Below are positions 28,659 to 39,161 of a stretch of 64,000 nt of DNA, piece by piece. The position numbers and the translations under genes are program-made. Source of the DNA: a virus (lineage: Duplodnaviria > Heunggongvirae > Uroviricota > Caudoviricetes); the IMG/VR virus record IMGVR_UViG_2881684137_000004, positions 128,001 through 192,000 of that record; one strand, given 5' to 3'. The notes under the pieces are model-generated. The model was not told where the DNA came from. It did not search any database and saw nothing but the letters and a program-made list of their open reading frames with translations. How positions within the stretch are numbered: the stretch's first letter is position 1; every line of letters starts with the position of its first letter.

Positions 28659-29265
28659 GTCAGTATCAAAAATTCAATTAAGTGTAGAACATTACAAATT
28701 AAGAAATTCATAACTTACTAAAACAACCATTCAGGATCTGATGTTGGTACCATGCATGTAATCAATTCTAAGCATTGAATTACTGTTTAGTTATCATAAA
28801 TTCACTTGTAACGGTAATCTGATGATCAATTACACCCTGAGGATTAAAATGTCTTAGATTGGCATTTAAACAGGTTATACGATGTATTGTCCTTAAGGGG
28901 TTAATAGTCTGTGAGGAAACAAGTGGTTTTCTTGTTTTTGAACAGGGTCAAACGGGAAAATGCTTTTTTTCCCGTGCGGCAGGCACTTTATATTATCTCT
29001 CCAATACTCAAGGGGGATTCTGTCACTCAGCGCAAAAGCAGCGCTTCATTCCCTTAGGAATCCAATCCCCCTTCTTGTCTACGGCTACGCCTACGCCAAT
29101 TCATCCCCCTTGCCTTTATATAATGATGCTAACGCTTATATGTAAATGTAGAAATAAAAGGGACAATATCGTTCTGGTATATAGGTTAAAAAAGTTGTCC
29201 AATCTGTTACATTATATATATTATATATTTATATAATGAAAAGGAATGGACAACTTTTTTGTGTA

Positions 29266-30432
29266 TTAATTTCCCTTATATTTTTTGATTTTTTCAATAG
29301 TTACTTTACTGTCATCATTAAAATCGAATGTAGTAGAAACAATTTTTCTAGTGTCTGTAATATAAGTTTCTTTAGTGCGATTATTTATATTAAACATTGA
29401 TGCACCACTCTCTTTTTTACATAGAGCACTCTTGTGTCTTTTTTCAGCCAGCTGAACAATATAATCTTGACTTTCAATATTAAGCAAGCTCATTTTCATA
29501 TGCTTTTCTTTTGGCTCAAGTAAGAATTCACAATTTATTTCCTCAATTGCACGTTCAATGCTATTTATTTTATCGGGCGACAGTCTGTTAATCGCTTTTT
29601 CAATGTGTTTAGAATTATATCCAAATCTATACGATTGATAATAATACACAATATTCATTTTTTCCCTTAATAGTGTATTTACTTTATTATTAAATTCTAT
29701 CCTTTTGTCTTCTGGAACAAATGCTATGTCCATATTTAATCCCATATTTTCCTTTACTGTGTGTTTTACTGCTACAATATAATCCGCTTCTTGTTTTGTT
29801 GCTAATCTATAAGTACAGGAAACTAAATTCTCACTCGTGACTGAATATTGTGAATCTCCCCATTCGTCAACATTCTCCTCAATAGTTGCGATTACTTCAT
29901 TATTATCATTGGTCTTGACTGAAGTTTCAGCATGACACAAAATAACCTCTTTACTCCAATTTATTATGTACTTATTTTTTAAATTGTTAAAGGCTTTCTC
30001 AACCTGATATTTTAATGTTCTATCAGTTGACGCAAAAAAGTCATTCATACTCAGGACATTAACATTTAAGTACTGACTGGACTTATTCTGATTTTTCTTG
30101 ATGAAATTATATATGTCATTTATTATTTTCATTCTCTTCAACAATTTTGTTTTAGATATTAATAATTCTTGTTGATCATGAGTAGCAAGCATGTCTAAAA
30201 GCAATATTTCAATTATCTGTACATGTGATATAGTTTCAGTCTTAGGGAGCGGTTCTTGATACACTTCTTTAATAATAAAAGAAAATTTTTCTCTTTCATA
30301 TGTGAAGTATCTCTCCCATTCGTTTAATTGTGCTATTTTCGCATTCCCAGTTTTCACTTTCTCATTTAGTAATTCACACATTTCTTTGTAGCTTTTGACT
30401 TTCTGATCTTTAGATAATCTACTTGTATCCAT
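29266..30432 (-). CDS. phage hypothetical protein, possible replication initiator
   Basis: 388 aa basic protein downstream of RecD2 gene and adjacent to repeat-flanked AT-rich tract. Confidence 0.5.
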   Translation of the reverse strand: MDTSRLSKDQKVKSYKEMCELLNEKVKTGNAKIAQLNEWERYFTYEREKFSFIIKEVYQEPLPKTETISHVQIIEILLLDMLATHDQQELLISKTKLLKRMKIINDIYNFIKKNQNKSSQYLNVNVLSMNDFFASTDRTLKYQVEKAFNNLKNKYIINWSKEVILCHAETSVKTNDNNEVIATIEENVDEWGDSQYSVTSENLVSCTYRLATKQEADYIVAVKHTVKENMGLNMDIAFVPEDKRIEFNNKVNTLLREKMNIVYYYQSYRFGYNSKHIEKAINRLSPDKINSIERAIEEINCEFLLEPKEKHMKMSLLNIESQDYIVQLAEKRHKSALCKKESGASMFNINNRTKETYITDTRKIVSTTFDFNDDSKVTIEKIKKYKGN

Positions 30433-30537
30433 TCGATATCACTACTCTCTGTATTCTATTTTCTGATTGGCTAATTCCGCGTATAGTTTAAATATTAATT
30501 GTATTGTTTATTTAGTTGTTCATTTTATTTATTTTGC

Positions 30538-30575
30538 AATTCGGATCGTGACAATTACCCGACACGATCCGAATT
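30538..30575 (-). terminator. 13-bp inverted repeat after recD-like gene
   Basis: AATTCGGATCGTG..CACGATCCGAATT. Confidence 0.6.
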
Positions 30576-30586
30576 ATTTAGATTCA

Positions 30587-32911
30587 TTAAGCAACCAAGT
30601 ATTTATTAAGCATTGTTCGTCTTCTCAGATTCGCTTTTTTGGAAAGTGATCTGTTTAATTCATCTGCTTCACACACAATCACAGCATCATATCTTGCTCT
30701 AGTCAAAGCCGTGTAAATCAAATTTGCGTTACAGAAATGTGTATCATTGGGGTCTGTTATAATAATGACTACTGGAGCAGATGAGCCTTGTGATTTGTGC
30801 ATTGTTAAGCACCAGGAATGTAATAGTTGAATTTTGTCTACTAAAGGCAATCTAATTTGATCATGATCGAATTGAATAATTATGCCATTTTTATTCCCGT
30901 CCAATACACCCTTACCAGTGTCAGTTATTATATCAATTACGAATCCTGTATCTCCATTTACAATATCAGTTTCATCACCATTTACATCCTCAATCCTGTA
31001 TGTATTTCTTGTATTTATAATATAATCGTTTTTTCTTAATACATTATCTTCACCGAATTCAATTTCTATTTCACTGAATGGATTTACAATTTTCTGTATT
31101 TCTTTATTGATTTTTATTGTGCCAAGGTCGCCTTTTTTCTTCATAGTGAGTAGCATTATATCTTCAGGCTTGTAGCCCTCATCAAGGTATTTCTGATAAT
31201 AAAATTTATATCCATCAATCATATATTTTTCTGAAACACTATGTATTCTTAGATTTGATCCATATTCTTTAACTCCAATAAAGTCATCATCAATAAATTG
31301 TTGTCCATTTCGAATTTTTGTTGCTATATCTAAAATGCCACCTTCTGACTGTCTGAAAACAATATCAAGTACTGTAATAGGCACTTGATTACTCTCCTGC
31401 ATATCATGAAGTAAATTCCCACACCCAACAGAAGGAATCTGGAATCCATCACCTACAAACAACAGCCTTGTGTTCGGATTCTTAATTTTCTTAAATAAAG
31501 ATGCGCACAGATGCACATCAACCATACTCCACTCATCAATTACAATAAAATCTTCATGTATAGCTATCAACTCGTTATCATCTTTCTTTTGTCCATATCC
31601 AATTGCCCTATGGATTGTCATTCCCTTTTGGTCAACAAGATATTCGGTCAGGATCTTTGCAGCCTTCCCTGTAGGTGTTAACCATTTCACTGTCAAACCA
31701 AGTTGGGTAAGAAGCTCTTTCAATAGTTTCTGCATAGCTGATTTACCTGAACCAGCAAAACCAACTAACATTCCAATATCAAAATTCTTCACCATTTCAA
31801 AAAGAGATTTTTGTTGCTCAGATAGCCCATCTGGAAAATCATCTTTGTACTTTCTTTCCATTCTCTCCACAAAGTCATCTACATCAAAATTCAATTTAGT
31901 GCAATGTTCAAGTTTAAACTTAATATAGTTAGCAATTCCTTTTTCAGCTTCATGCGTGTATAAAAGCATAACCTTATCACCATCGACATGTAGCTGCGGA
32001 TACATCTCAAATGGATCTTGTTTGATTACATCTTCAATACAGAATTCTTCAATTTGTAGCAACTCAACCGATAACTGAACTAACTTATTGAATTTTGTAT
32101 AAGTATGTCCTTCATTTTGTTGTTCTCCCAATGCATGTTTTACACCTGTAATGATTCTGAATGATGTTCGCATAGCATCTTCATATAGTAATTCAGCTTT
32201 TTCCCTGGTGATTCTGCCACTTTTGAGATCAACAGTAATATCGTAACGAGCCATATTCAAAGCTATCGCATCTGCTGTCTTAAACCCAATGCCACCGACC
32301 CTAATTAACACATAAGGATTTTCTTTAATTTTTTGAATTGCTAGTTGTGCACTACCAAATTCACTCATGATCTTTTGAATAGTATTATAGTTGATACCGT
32401 ACTTACCTAAATGAGTTATCATTTCCTTATACTCAAGATTCTCTAAAACTTTTGTACGGACACGTTCATATACCACTTCCCCAAAACCATGAACTTTTTT
32501 CCAATCAAAATTATTATTTTTTATAAGGTCAATAATATCTTCATTTGGATAAACCTTAAAAATCTCCTCGACCTGTTTGTTTGTTAATAATGCTTTAAAG
32601 TAATCTCTTTGTTTTTCAGGGGTTTCAGGAATATCTTGATAAATATTTTTAATCCAATAACTTGCTCCAAAAGTTGGATCAATCTTATCAAGTTGTAACT
32701 CAGCTTTATATTCAGTACCGGTTTGTAGTTTTTGAGTTATCTTTCCTTTGATACTTACTTTTCCTCGCTTATTAACTTCAATTCCCTTGCCATCGATTAA
32801 AGTACAATCATAGATATAAAATCCATCTGGACTATTATAAGTTTTAGGATGAACTTGCCAGTCTGGTTTTATTAACACTTCAATTACATCATTTTCGTTC
32901 AATCGGTTCAC
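30587..32911 (-). CDS. recD2: RecD2/TraA-family SF1B DNA helicase
   Basis: GIGFKTAD HhH, GFAGSGKS Walker A, DEWSMVD, VGDGFQIPSVG, FRQ, TMHKSQGS, YTALTRA. Confidence 0.9.
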   Translation of the reverse strand: MNRLNENDVIEVLIKPDWQVHPKTYNSPDGFYIYDCTLIDGKGIEVNKRGKVSIKGKITQKLQTGTEYKAELQLDKIDPTFGASYWIKNIYQDIPETPEKQRDYFKALLTNKQVEEIFKVYPNEDIIDLIKNNNFDWKKVHGFGEVVYERVRTKVLENLEYKEMITHLGKYGINYNTIQKIMSEFGSAQLAIQKIKENPYVLIRVGGIGFKTADAIALNMARYDITVDLKSGRITREKAELLYEDAMRTSFRIITGVKHALGEQQNEGHTYTKFNKLVQLSVELLQIEEFCIEDVIKQDPFEMYPQLHVDGDKVMLLYTHEAEKGIANYIKFKLEHCTKLNFDVDDFVERMERKYKDDFPDGLSEQQKSLFEMVKNFDIGMLVGFAGSGKSAMQKLLKELLTQLGLTVKWLTPTGKAAKILTEYLVDQKGMTIHRAIGYGQKKDDNELIAIHEDFIVIDEWSMVDVHLCASLFKKIKNPNTRLLFVGDGFQIPSVGCGNLLHDMQESNQVPITVLDIVFRQSEGGILDIATKIRNGQQFIDDDFIGVKEYGSNLRIHSVSEKYMIDGYKFYYQKYLDEGYKPEDIMLLTMKKKGDLGTIKINKEIQKIVNPFSEIEIEFGEDNVLRKNDYIINTRNTYRIEDVNGDETDIVNGDTGFVIDIITDTGKGVLDGNKNGIIIQFDHDQIRLPLVDKIQLLHSWCLTMHKSQGSSAPVVIIITDPNDTHFCNANLIYTALTRARYDAVIVCEADELNRSLSKKANLRRRTMLNKYLVA

Positions 32912-32944
32912 TCCAGTTTCTAAATTATTGGTGTATTTATAATT

Positions 32945-33922
32945 TTAAATATTGATTAATATTTCCTGGTAAGCACTTGGCGCTTTTTCTTTCAGCAGTT
33001 TTATTAGTTCTTCTTTTGATAATTGCTCGATATTTTTTTCACTCACATCTCTCATCATGCGTATGCCAGCTCTACTATTATGATCAACTGTCATGTGAGT
33101 ATAATGATCTATAAATGTTTGTGCTGATCGATGTCCTGTTTGCTCCATGGCAGCAACTATATTTCCAGAAGTTTTGAGTTCATAGTGTATGGCTGTCTGT
33201 CTAAAGGAGTGAGTTGTGTATCTGATATTCTTTGGAAGATTCATCAACTTTGCGAATTTTTGAATGGCTCTTCGAACTTTTGCAGGATTCAAATTTCTGA
33301 ACACTTTTCCGTTTGATTTCTTAATGCTTAATATTTTATTAAACAGAATACTATCTATTGGTACCTGATATATTTCTTCTCCTTTATCCATCATTTTGAT
33401 CAAATATTCATCCTCAGATGTATAAATATCATTATAATCAATGTTCAAAACAGATGAAATGCGTCTGCTTGTTTGAGCCAGTACGAGTATGCAAATTTCT
33501 AATTCATCTGCATGATGTAGCTCCTCCTTCGCTAAAATTGCCATCTGTTTCATTTGTTCCAGTGTAATAAGACCATAACTATTAGGGTTAGCTTTAATTC
33601 TTTCTGTTGTAAATATTTCATAATTCACATTGTATTTGTTAGTTTTCAAATACTTAAAAAAACTTCTAAGAGTGCTAATATTTCTACGAACTGTATTTGG
33701 CTTAAATTTTTCAAGCAAATAATTCTTATACATTCTCACATCCTTATCCAGTATCTCAATTTCGCCGTTCTTTAGGGTTGTAATGTCATGCAATCCTATG
33801 TAATCTGTAAATTCTTTAATGTCTCGTTGATACTCCTTTCTAGTATTTTCAGGGTAAGTTTTCAAGAAAATTGCAAGATCATTTGTATTGTTGAGTCTCT
33901 GGACTGCTGCTTGATTGCTCAT
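32945..33922 (-). CDS. tyrosine recombinase/integrase-family protein
   Basis: SAM-like N-domain (NTVRRNISTLRSFFKYL), R in TSRRISS, HSFR, GH, HY; start re-set to MSNQ with GGGAGG RBS. Confidence 0.85.
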   Translation of the reverse strand: MSNQAAVQRLNNTNDLAIFLKTYPENTRKEYQRDIKEFTDYIGLHDITTLKNGEIEILDKDVRMYKNYLLEKFKPNTVRRNISTLRSFFKYLKTNKYNVNYEIFTTERIKANPNSYGLITLEQMKQMAILAKEELHHADELEICILVLAQTSRRISSVLNIDYNDIYTSEDEYLIKMMDKGEEIYQVPIDSILFNKILSIKKSNGKVFRNLNPAKVRRAIQKFAKLMNLPKNIRYTTHSFRQTAIHYELKTSGNIVAAMEQTGHRSAQTFIDHYTHMTVDHNSRAGIRMMRDVSEKNIEQLSKEELIKLLKEKAPSAYQEILINI

Positions 33923-33959
33923 TGAGCTACCTCCCAAATAGTAATGTAAATCTATATTT

Positions 33960-34045
33960 ATTATAAGCAACATATATGAAACAGTCAACAAATTTAATGT
34001 AAATTATACAAATTGTTTGACAATAATTTAACTCTATTGTAATAT
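33960..34045. promoter_or_regulatory. divergent sigma-A promoters
   Basis: minus TTGACT(33988)-17-TATAAT; plus TTGACA(34017)-17-TAATAT. Confidence 0.7.
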
Positions 34046-34141
34046 TGGTCACAGAAAGGAAAATACAAATACTAGAAGAAAATCAAATCTACTTTGAAAG
34101 GGATGTGATTATAATAATTATATTAAAGGAGAATAGAGATT

Positions 34142-34282
34142 ATGGGGAATCATTCACGGTTAACATGGCAAGATTTATATTATGATGGGGATATCGATCC
34201 CTGGGATGAATTGTTTGATGAGGATTGTCAAGAGATTATAGAATTAGATGGCGAGTACACAGAAAATTTAATGATAGATTAG
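34142..34282 (+). CDS. small acidic protein upstream of RNAP (below ORF-track cutoff)
   Basis: 46 aa MGNHSRLTWQDLYYDGDIDPWDELFDEDCQE..., AAGGAG RBS, ends 1 bp before RNAP start. Confidence 0.65.
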   Translation: MGNHSRLTWQDLYYDGDIDPWDELFDEDCQEIIELDGEYTENLMID

Positions 34283-34283
34283 G

Positions 34284-36887
34284 GTGGTGAATTCAATAGG
34301 TTTGGATAAGCAATATCATCTTTATAGTGTGGACACAAGCGCCTTTTACAATAATGAAGAAAATAAAATACATACTCGAATAAAGAAAAGATTCCTAATT
34401 AGAAAAAACCTTAAAGCTTTATTTTCTAAGAAAAATCATACTGAAGATTATAAAAACAAAGTAGGCAGTTTAATAAAAAGTATAAATAAGAATTTAGAAT
34501 TCAACAAAAAGAAATTAACCATCGAGTTTGAAAAACACAAGGGAGTAAGAAACCTTATTCCTGAGCATTTAAAAGCGAGGAATATTGTTTCTTCTTTTGA
34601 TTCTGTATTAAGTAGAACTTTATCGATTAAACAAAATGATGTTACTAAAGATATTTTGATTGTCCAGACTTATTATTTTCAAATTTTAAAAGATATTATA
34701 GAGAATGGATTTATGTATAACAACGAGAAATACATATGCTTCACTGCTAGTGCAGGACAAATTAGAACTAAGAAAACGGTTTTTATAAAAGAAAGTGTTT
34801 TCGAGGAACATAAGAAATCTCTTATGTGTGGCTTGACTCTTGAAATAATTAACGATTTGGGTGGAGTAAACATTAACAAATTTTTAGCTTATTTGGCTCT
34901 CTGTAATAGCGCTACAGATCATTGGACGAGCTTTAATATCGAAAAATCTATCGTTGTAGATGATATGGAGACAAATGTTAATGCATTGTTTGATCATATC
35001 GATGATGAGACTTATCAAATAAGTAGAGAAAAAAGAGAAGTGCTAATCAATCATACTGATGGCTGTGGAATGATGTTGCCTTCAGTAAATGACAAATCTT
35101 TTATGGTTAGGTTGCCATGGATCAAAGGATTACTCGTTCCATTCCCATTTGATAAATTTATTAACGATGAAAAAAGAAAAAGGGAAAAAAATGACAAAAA
35201 GTTTTGGTTAATTAAAGATATATATGGGCAAGAGCACGATGTAATTAAAGAAGGAATAGAGGTTATCTTCACAAAGAGTCAATTCAAAATGTGGAAATAC
35301 TATTCCAATTGGGAAGATTATATTAATAAATTTCAAGCAAATAATTGTCAAGCTGGGATGTGCAATGAAGAAGAGGCTTCTATACCTGAGACTAAGATTA
35401 ACTATCAAATGTTGCAAACACTAACCAGTTTTAGTAATCAGCAGTTAAACACCCTTTGTCAGCCAACCAACGATGAAATTACTAAAATCGCTACTGATCG
35501 AAAAACAATGCTTAAAGTATTGGGTGTAAACGATTCAAGGACGAATCTAAATTATTATCAATCTGCACTAAAGATATATCCCGAACTTCTTGCCGACAGT
35601 TATAGCAAAGAAATATTAAAACAACTCAAAAAGAAGAAAGTTATAGAAGGAAGAGCTGGAAAATTAAATATTAAGGGTAAATATACTTTTATCTGTCCAG
35701 ATCTATACGCTTTCTGTCAGTTTTTATTCTTAGGAATGGAGAAGCCCACCGGACTACTAAAAGAAGGTGAGGTGTATTGTTCTTTATATAAAGAAAAGAG
35801 TAAATTAGACTGTTTGAGAAGTCCTCATCTTTATAAAGAACATGCTGTCAGATACAATGTAACTGATAGCAGAATAAGCAAATGGTTTAAAACTAAAGGT
35901 TTATATACAAGCTGCCATGATCCTATTAGTAAGATACTAATGTTTGACGTTGATGGAGATAAGTGCCTAGTTTGTGCAGATGAGAATATTATATCTGTAG
36001 CGGAATTAGAAATGAAGGATATCGTACCATTAAACTACAACATGAGAAAAGCAGATCCGAATCAAATTAATAATGGTGCTATCTATAAGGGTTTGAAAGA
36101 TGCATATACCGGAGGAAACATTGGCATCATTAGTAACAATATTACTAAGGTGTGGAACAGCAAAGACATCAATCTAGATGTAATAAAGATTCTCTGTATG
36201 GAGAATAACTTTACAATCGATTATGCTAAAACTCTCTATAAGCCTGTAAGACCGCCAGAAATAGATACAAAAATAAAAAAATACACTGGAAATAAGAATC
36301 CTTACTTTTTCAAATATGCAAAAGAAAAAGATGATAAAGATATCGAAGAAATTAACACTAATACTGTAAACAGAATAACCAAGTTAATAAAAAATCCAAG
36401 GTTGAATTTCAATGATGAAGGATTGGGCTTGTTTAACTATCGTTTTCTTTTGAGTGACCCAAGTAACAAAGAAATACATATTGATGAAACAATAGTAAAT
36501 GAATACAAGAGGCTTGATCAAAAAAAGAAATTCATTCAAATGAAGCCAGATGAGTATGACACAACATTGGATGGTGCGTACATCTTTGATGTCATTCGTA
36601 ATTCTATTCTGGAGATTAACAGAGATATCCATTATGTAGTGGATGTATTAGTAGAGTATCTTTACAACTTTAAAAAAAGTAATTTTAAAACAACGTTATG
36701 GTCAGCATTTGGTGATATTCTATTAAATAATTTATCAAGAAATATTGAGCAGCGGTTTGAAGATGGATACATACAATGCGACTCTTGCGGTTTAAGAATA
36801 ATAAAACAATCTAATCGACAAAAGATGTGTAAATCTTGTTATAGTGTATCGAATCGAATTAATGCTAAAAACAAAAAAAATAAATAA
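34284..36887 (+). CDS. yonO: YonO-like single-subunit (two-barrel) DNA-dependent RNA polymerase
   Basis: SAGQIR, HTDGCG, RSPH, catalytic FDVDGD, IDYAK; synteny with HU/yonK. Confidence 0.88.
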   Translation: MVNSIGLDKQYHLYSVDTSAFYNNEENKIHTRIKKRFLIRKNLKALFSKKNHTEDYKNKVGSLIKSINKNLEFNKKKLTIEFEKHKGVRNLIPEHLKARNIVSSFDSVLSRTLSIKQNDVTKDILIVQTYYFQILKDIIENGFMYNNEKYICFTASAGQIRTKKTVFIKESVFEEHKKSLMCGLTLEIINDLGGVNINKFLAYLALCNSATDHWTSFNIEKSIVVDDMETNVNALFDHIDDETYQISREKREVLINHTDGCGMMLPSVNDKSFMVRLPWIKGLLVPFPFDKFINDEKRKREKNDKKFWLIKDIYGQEHDVIKEGIEVIFTKSQFKMWKYYSNWEDYINKFQANNCQAGMCNEEEASIPETKINYQMLQTLTSFSNQQLNTLCQPTNDEITKIATDRKTMLKVLGVNDSRTNLNYYQSALKIYPELLADSYSKEILKQLKKKKVIEGRAGKLNIKGKYTFICPDLYAFCQFLFLGMEKPTGLLKEGEVYCSLYKEKSKLDCLRSPHLYKEHAVRYNVTDSRISKWFKTKGLYTSCHDPISKILMFDVDGDKCLVCADENIISVAELEMKDIVPLNYNMRKADPNQINNGAIYKGLKDAYTGGNIGIISNNITKVWNSKDINLDVIKILCMENNFTIDYAKTLYKPVRPPEIDTKIKKYTGNKNPYFFKYAKEKDDKDIEEINTNTVNRITKLIKNPRLNFNDEGLGLFNYRFLLSDPSNKEIHIDETIVNEYKRLDQKKKFIQMKPDEYDTTLDGAYIFDVIRNSILEINRDIHYVVDVLVEYLYNFKKSNFKTTLWSAFGDILLNNLSRNIEQRFEDGYIQCDSCGLRIIKQSNRQKMCKSCYSVSNRINAKNKKNK

Positions 36888-37094
36888 TTTAGTTTTTTTT
36901 AGAAAATGATCAAAAAAGTCAATAAATATATAGAGTTTTTGCACCTCAAAAACTAAACTTTTCGATTCGCTCATGTTAAAAAACTCAATGTTATCAACGG
37001 TTTTTTGATAATTAGTGCAAAAAACGTAATCGCCTTTAAGGGAAGATAATTGTATCTTACCTAAAAATAATAACCTAAAAGGGAGAAATGAAAT

Positions 37095-37373
37095 ATGAAC
37101 AAAGCAGACTTGATTAAAGCAGCAGCAGTAAAGACAGGTGTAACAAAAAAAGATACTGAAAAAACAGTGGATGCAGTACTTGATACAATCGTTGAAGCAC
37201 TAACATCTGGAGAAAACGTAAAGCTTGTAGGCTTTGGTAATTTTGAAGTACGTGAAACAGCAGCTCGTAAAGGAAGAAACCCGCAAAGCGGTGAAGAAAT
37301 TGAAATTCCTGAAAGTCGCAAGACTGCATTTAAAGCAGCTAAAGCATTGAAAGATGCAGTAAAAGGTAGCTAA
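37095..37373 (+). CDS. HU-family DNA-binding protein (YonN/Hbs-like)
   Basis: [40 protein letters not shown]. Confidence 0.95.
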   Translation: MNKADLIKAAAVKTGVTKKDTEKTVDAVLDTIVEALTSGENVKLVGFGNFEVRETAARKGRNPQSGEEIEIPESRKTAFKAAKALKDAVKGS

Positions 37374-37403
37374 ATAATATTTTATAGTTAAAATACATAT
37401 ATG

Positions 37404-37437
37404 AACAGGTATAGTCCTAACGAGACTATGCCTGTTT
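37404..37437 (+). terminator. intrinsic terminator-like hairpin
   Basis: AACAGGTATAGTC-CTAACGA-GACTATGCCTGTT. Confidence 0.6.
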
Positions 37438-37482
37438 CTCTTGAAAATTCGAATACAATTTAACAGTGGGAGAGATTTATTA

Positions 37483-37692
37483 ATGGCTAAGAGGACACAT
37501 CAAGTAAGTTTTAAAGGTGAATTTGATTTCGAACGAATGGTCATCGCTGAATATGACAAGAAGACAGAAAACACTTCGTTCTATTCGATTAAAGATGCAC
37601 TGAAGGAATTTGACGGCAAAATTCTAACACTTTCGGCAAAGGAAGAAGACGGTGTTTCATCTGTAGAGGAAGATGATCTCGAAGAGGATTAG
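37483..37692 (+). CDS. yonK: YonK-family protein
   Basis: MAKRTHQVSFKGEFD..LKEFDGK.LTLSAKEE resembles SPbeta YonK; same position. Confidence 0.75.
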   Translation: MAKRTHQVSFKGEFDFERMVIAEYDKKTENTSFYSIKDALKEFDGKILTLSAKEEDGVSSVEEDDLEED

Positions 37693-37696
37693 AACT

Positions 37697-39127
37697 ATGA
37701 ATAAGAATGAATTATTTGAGATTGGTATAAAAAAACGTAGCGGCCAACTAAGTAAAACATGGAATGAAATAGCGGATATTTATACAGACGGTCTATTTAC
37801 TGGAGAAGGTCTTCGATCTTGGATTAAAAGAGAAATTCCAAAACGAAAAGACGGAAATTCTTCATCGACATCTGACATCGATTCTAAGGTTCAAAATGAT
37901 GATACATCACAATTAAATTATAAAGAGTCAACTGAAATACATAGGGATGGCAGTCAGAGTAGTAACAAGTTAATTCATCTTGCAACTCATCAGGAAAAAG
38001 ACCCTCTATACCTCCTACAAGCACACGGTTACGATCCTGAGCAATGGGAGTTAATTACGTCTCGCTCATCAATTTGGTCTGGATACAGTAAACAAGACGG
38101 ACAATTTGAGCAGTATGCTTCTAAGATATCAGTAAAACCTAGAAAAGATGATCAAATTGAAGAGTCTGAAGAATTACGAGTTGCCAAACTGGAACTACAA
38201 AAGCAAAAATATCAACTCCAGGAACAACGCAGAGAGTACAACGCTCTAATCAAAACACAGGCTAAGTTTGAGCATTTAAAAGATGAAGTTGCGATTGCAA
38301 TCAGCGACTTATCTAAAACAAAACCTCTCACATTTAAACCCTGGAACAATATAGCTTCCAATGTAAAGGCAAACGTCCTCTGGTCAGATTGGCATGTTGG
38401 ACAAGAGTTTGAAAACAGTCTTAACTCCTATAGTATCGATATTTTCAAAAGTCGCTTGAGTAGTTTAGTTTCTCAAACCATTTATTATTGCGAGATTCAC
38501 AGAGTTGACAATCTGACAATCGGTTGTCTAGGTGATCTGCTTGCAGGCTCCATTCACATTGCAAATCGAGTACAGTCTAGTGAAGATGTGATTAAACAGA
38601 TCCAGATTGTGTGCGAAGCAATATCTGAAGCAATTGCTAAGCTTTCTTCGAATTTCAGGACGGTCAATTTTATTAACATTATTGGCAATCATGCTCGCTT
38701 ACAAAGCAATAAAACTGAATCATTATTGAATGAAAATTTAGAAAAGTTGATTCCCTGGTACCTCGAAAGTCGTTTGAGTGATTTTGACAATGTGAAAATC
38801 CAATCTGACACAGATGGCTATTTTGTTGATTATGATAATGATGGTGAGCATGTTTATGTACATGGTGATTTAGATCATGTGGCAAGTGCTGCAAAGTCCC
38901 TTCCTCAAGTGCTAGGATTTGTTCCTAAATACATATTCTCAGGTCATATTCATCATTATTCACTTAAAGAGCATGGTACAACAACAGTGATTTCCAATGG
39001 AAGTCTGATTGGCCCGGATGACTATGCCGTTGGAAAGCGATTCAGTGCAGAGTCAATGCAGCTCATGCATGTTTTTAACGAAGATAAAAAAATTGAGTAC
39101 AGCATCCCTATTTATTTAAAAGATTAG
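37697..39127 (+). CDS. calcineurin-like metallophosphoesterase (YonJ-like)
   Basis: SDWH, GD, GNH, HGD, GHIH motifs. Confidence 0.85.
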   Translation: MNKNELFEIGIKKRSGQLSKTWNEIADIYTDGLFTGEGLRSWIKREIPKRKDGNSSSTSDIDSKVQNDDTSQLNYKESTEIHRDGSQSSNKLIHLATHQEKDPLYLLQAHGYDPEQWELITSRSSIWSGYSKQDGQFEQYASKISVKPRKDDQIEESEELRVAKLELQKQKYQLQEQRREYNALIKTQAKFEHLKDEVAIAISDLSKTKPLTFKPWNNIASNVKANVLWSDWHVGQEFENSLNSYSIDIFKSRLSSLVSQTIYYCEIHRVDNLTIGCLGDLLAGSIHIANRVQSSEDVIKQIQIVCEAISEAIAKLSSNFRTVNFINIIGNHARLQSNKTESLLNENLEKLIPWYLESRLSDFDNVKIQSDTDGYFVDYDNDGEHVYVHGDLDHVASAAKSLPQVLGFVPKYIFSGHIHHYSLKEHGTTTVISNGSLIGPDDYAVGKRFSAESMQLMHVFNEDKKIEYSIPIYLKD

Positions 39128-39161
39128 AGAAGAAAAAATTTTCGCATTTGCAGGTGAAACA

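Noticed and set aside
28859-29236. 125-aa and 61-aa plus-strand ORFs
   Set aside because: No convincing RBS; overlap the hairpin/repeat region better explained as a cis element
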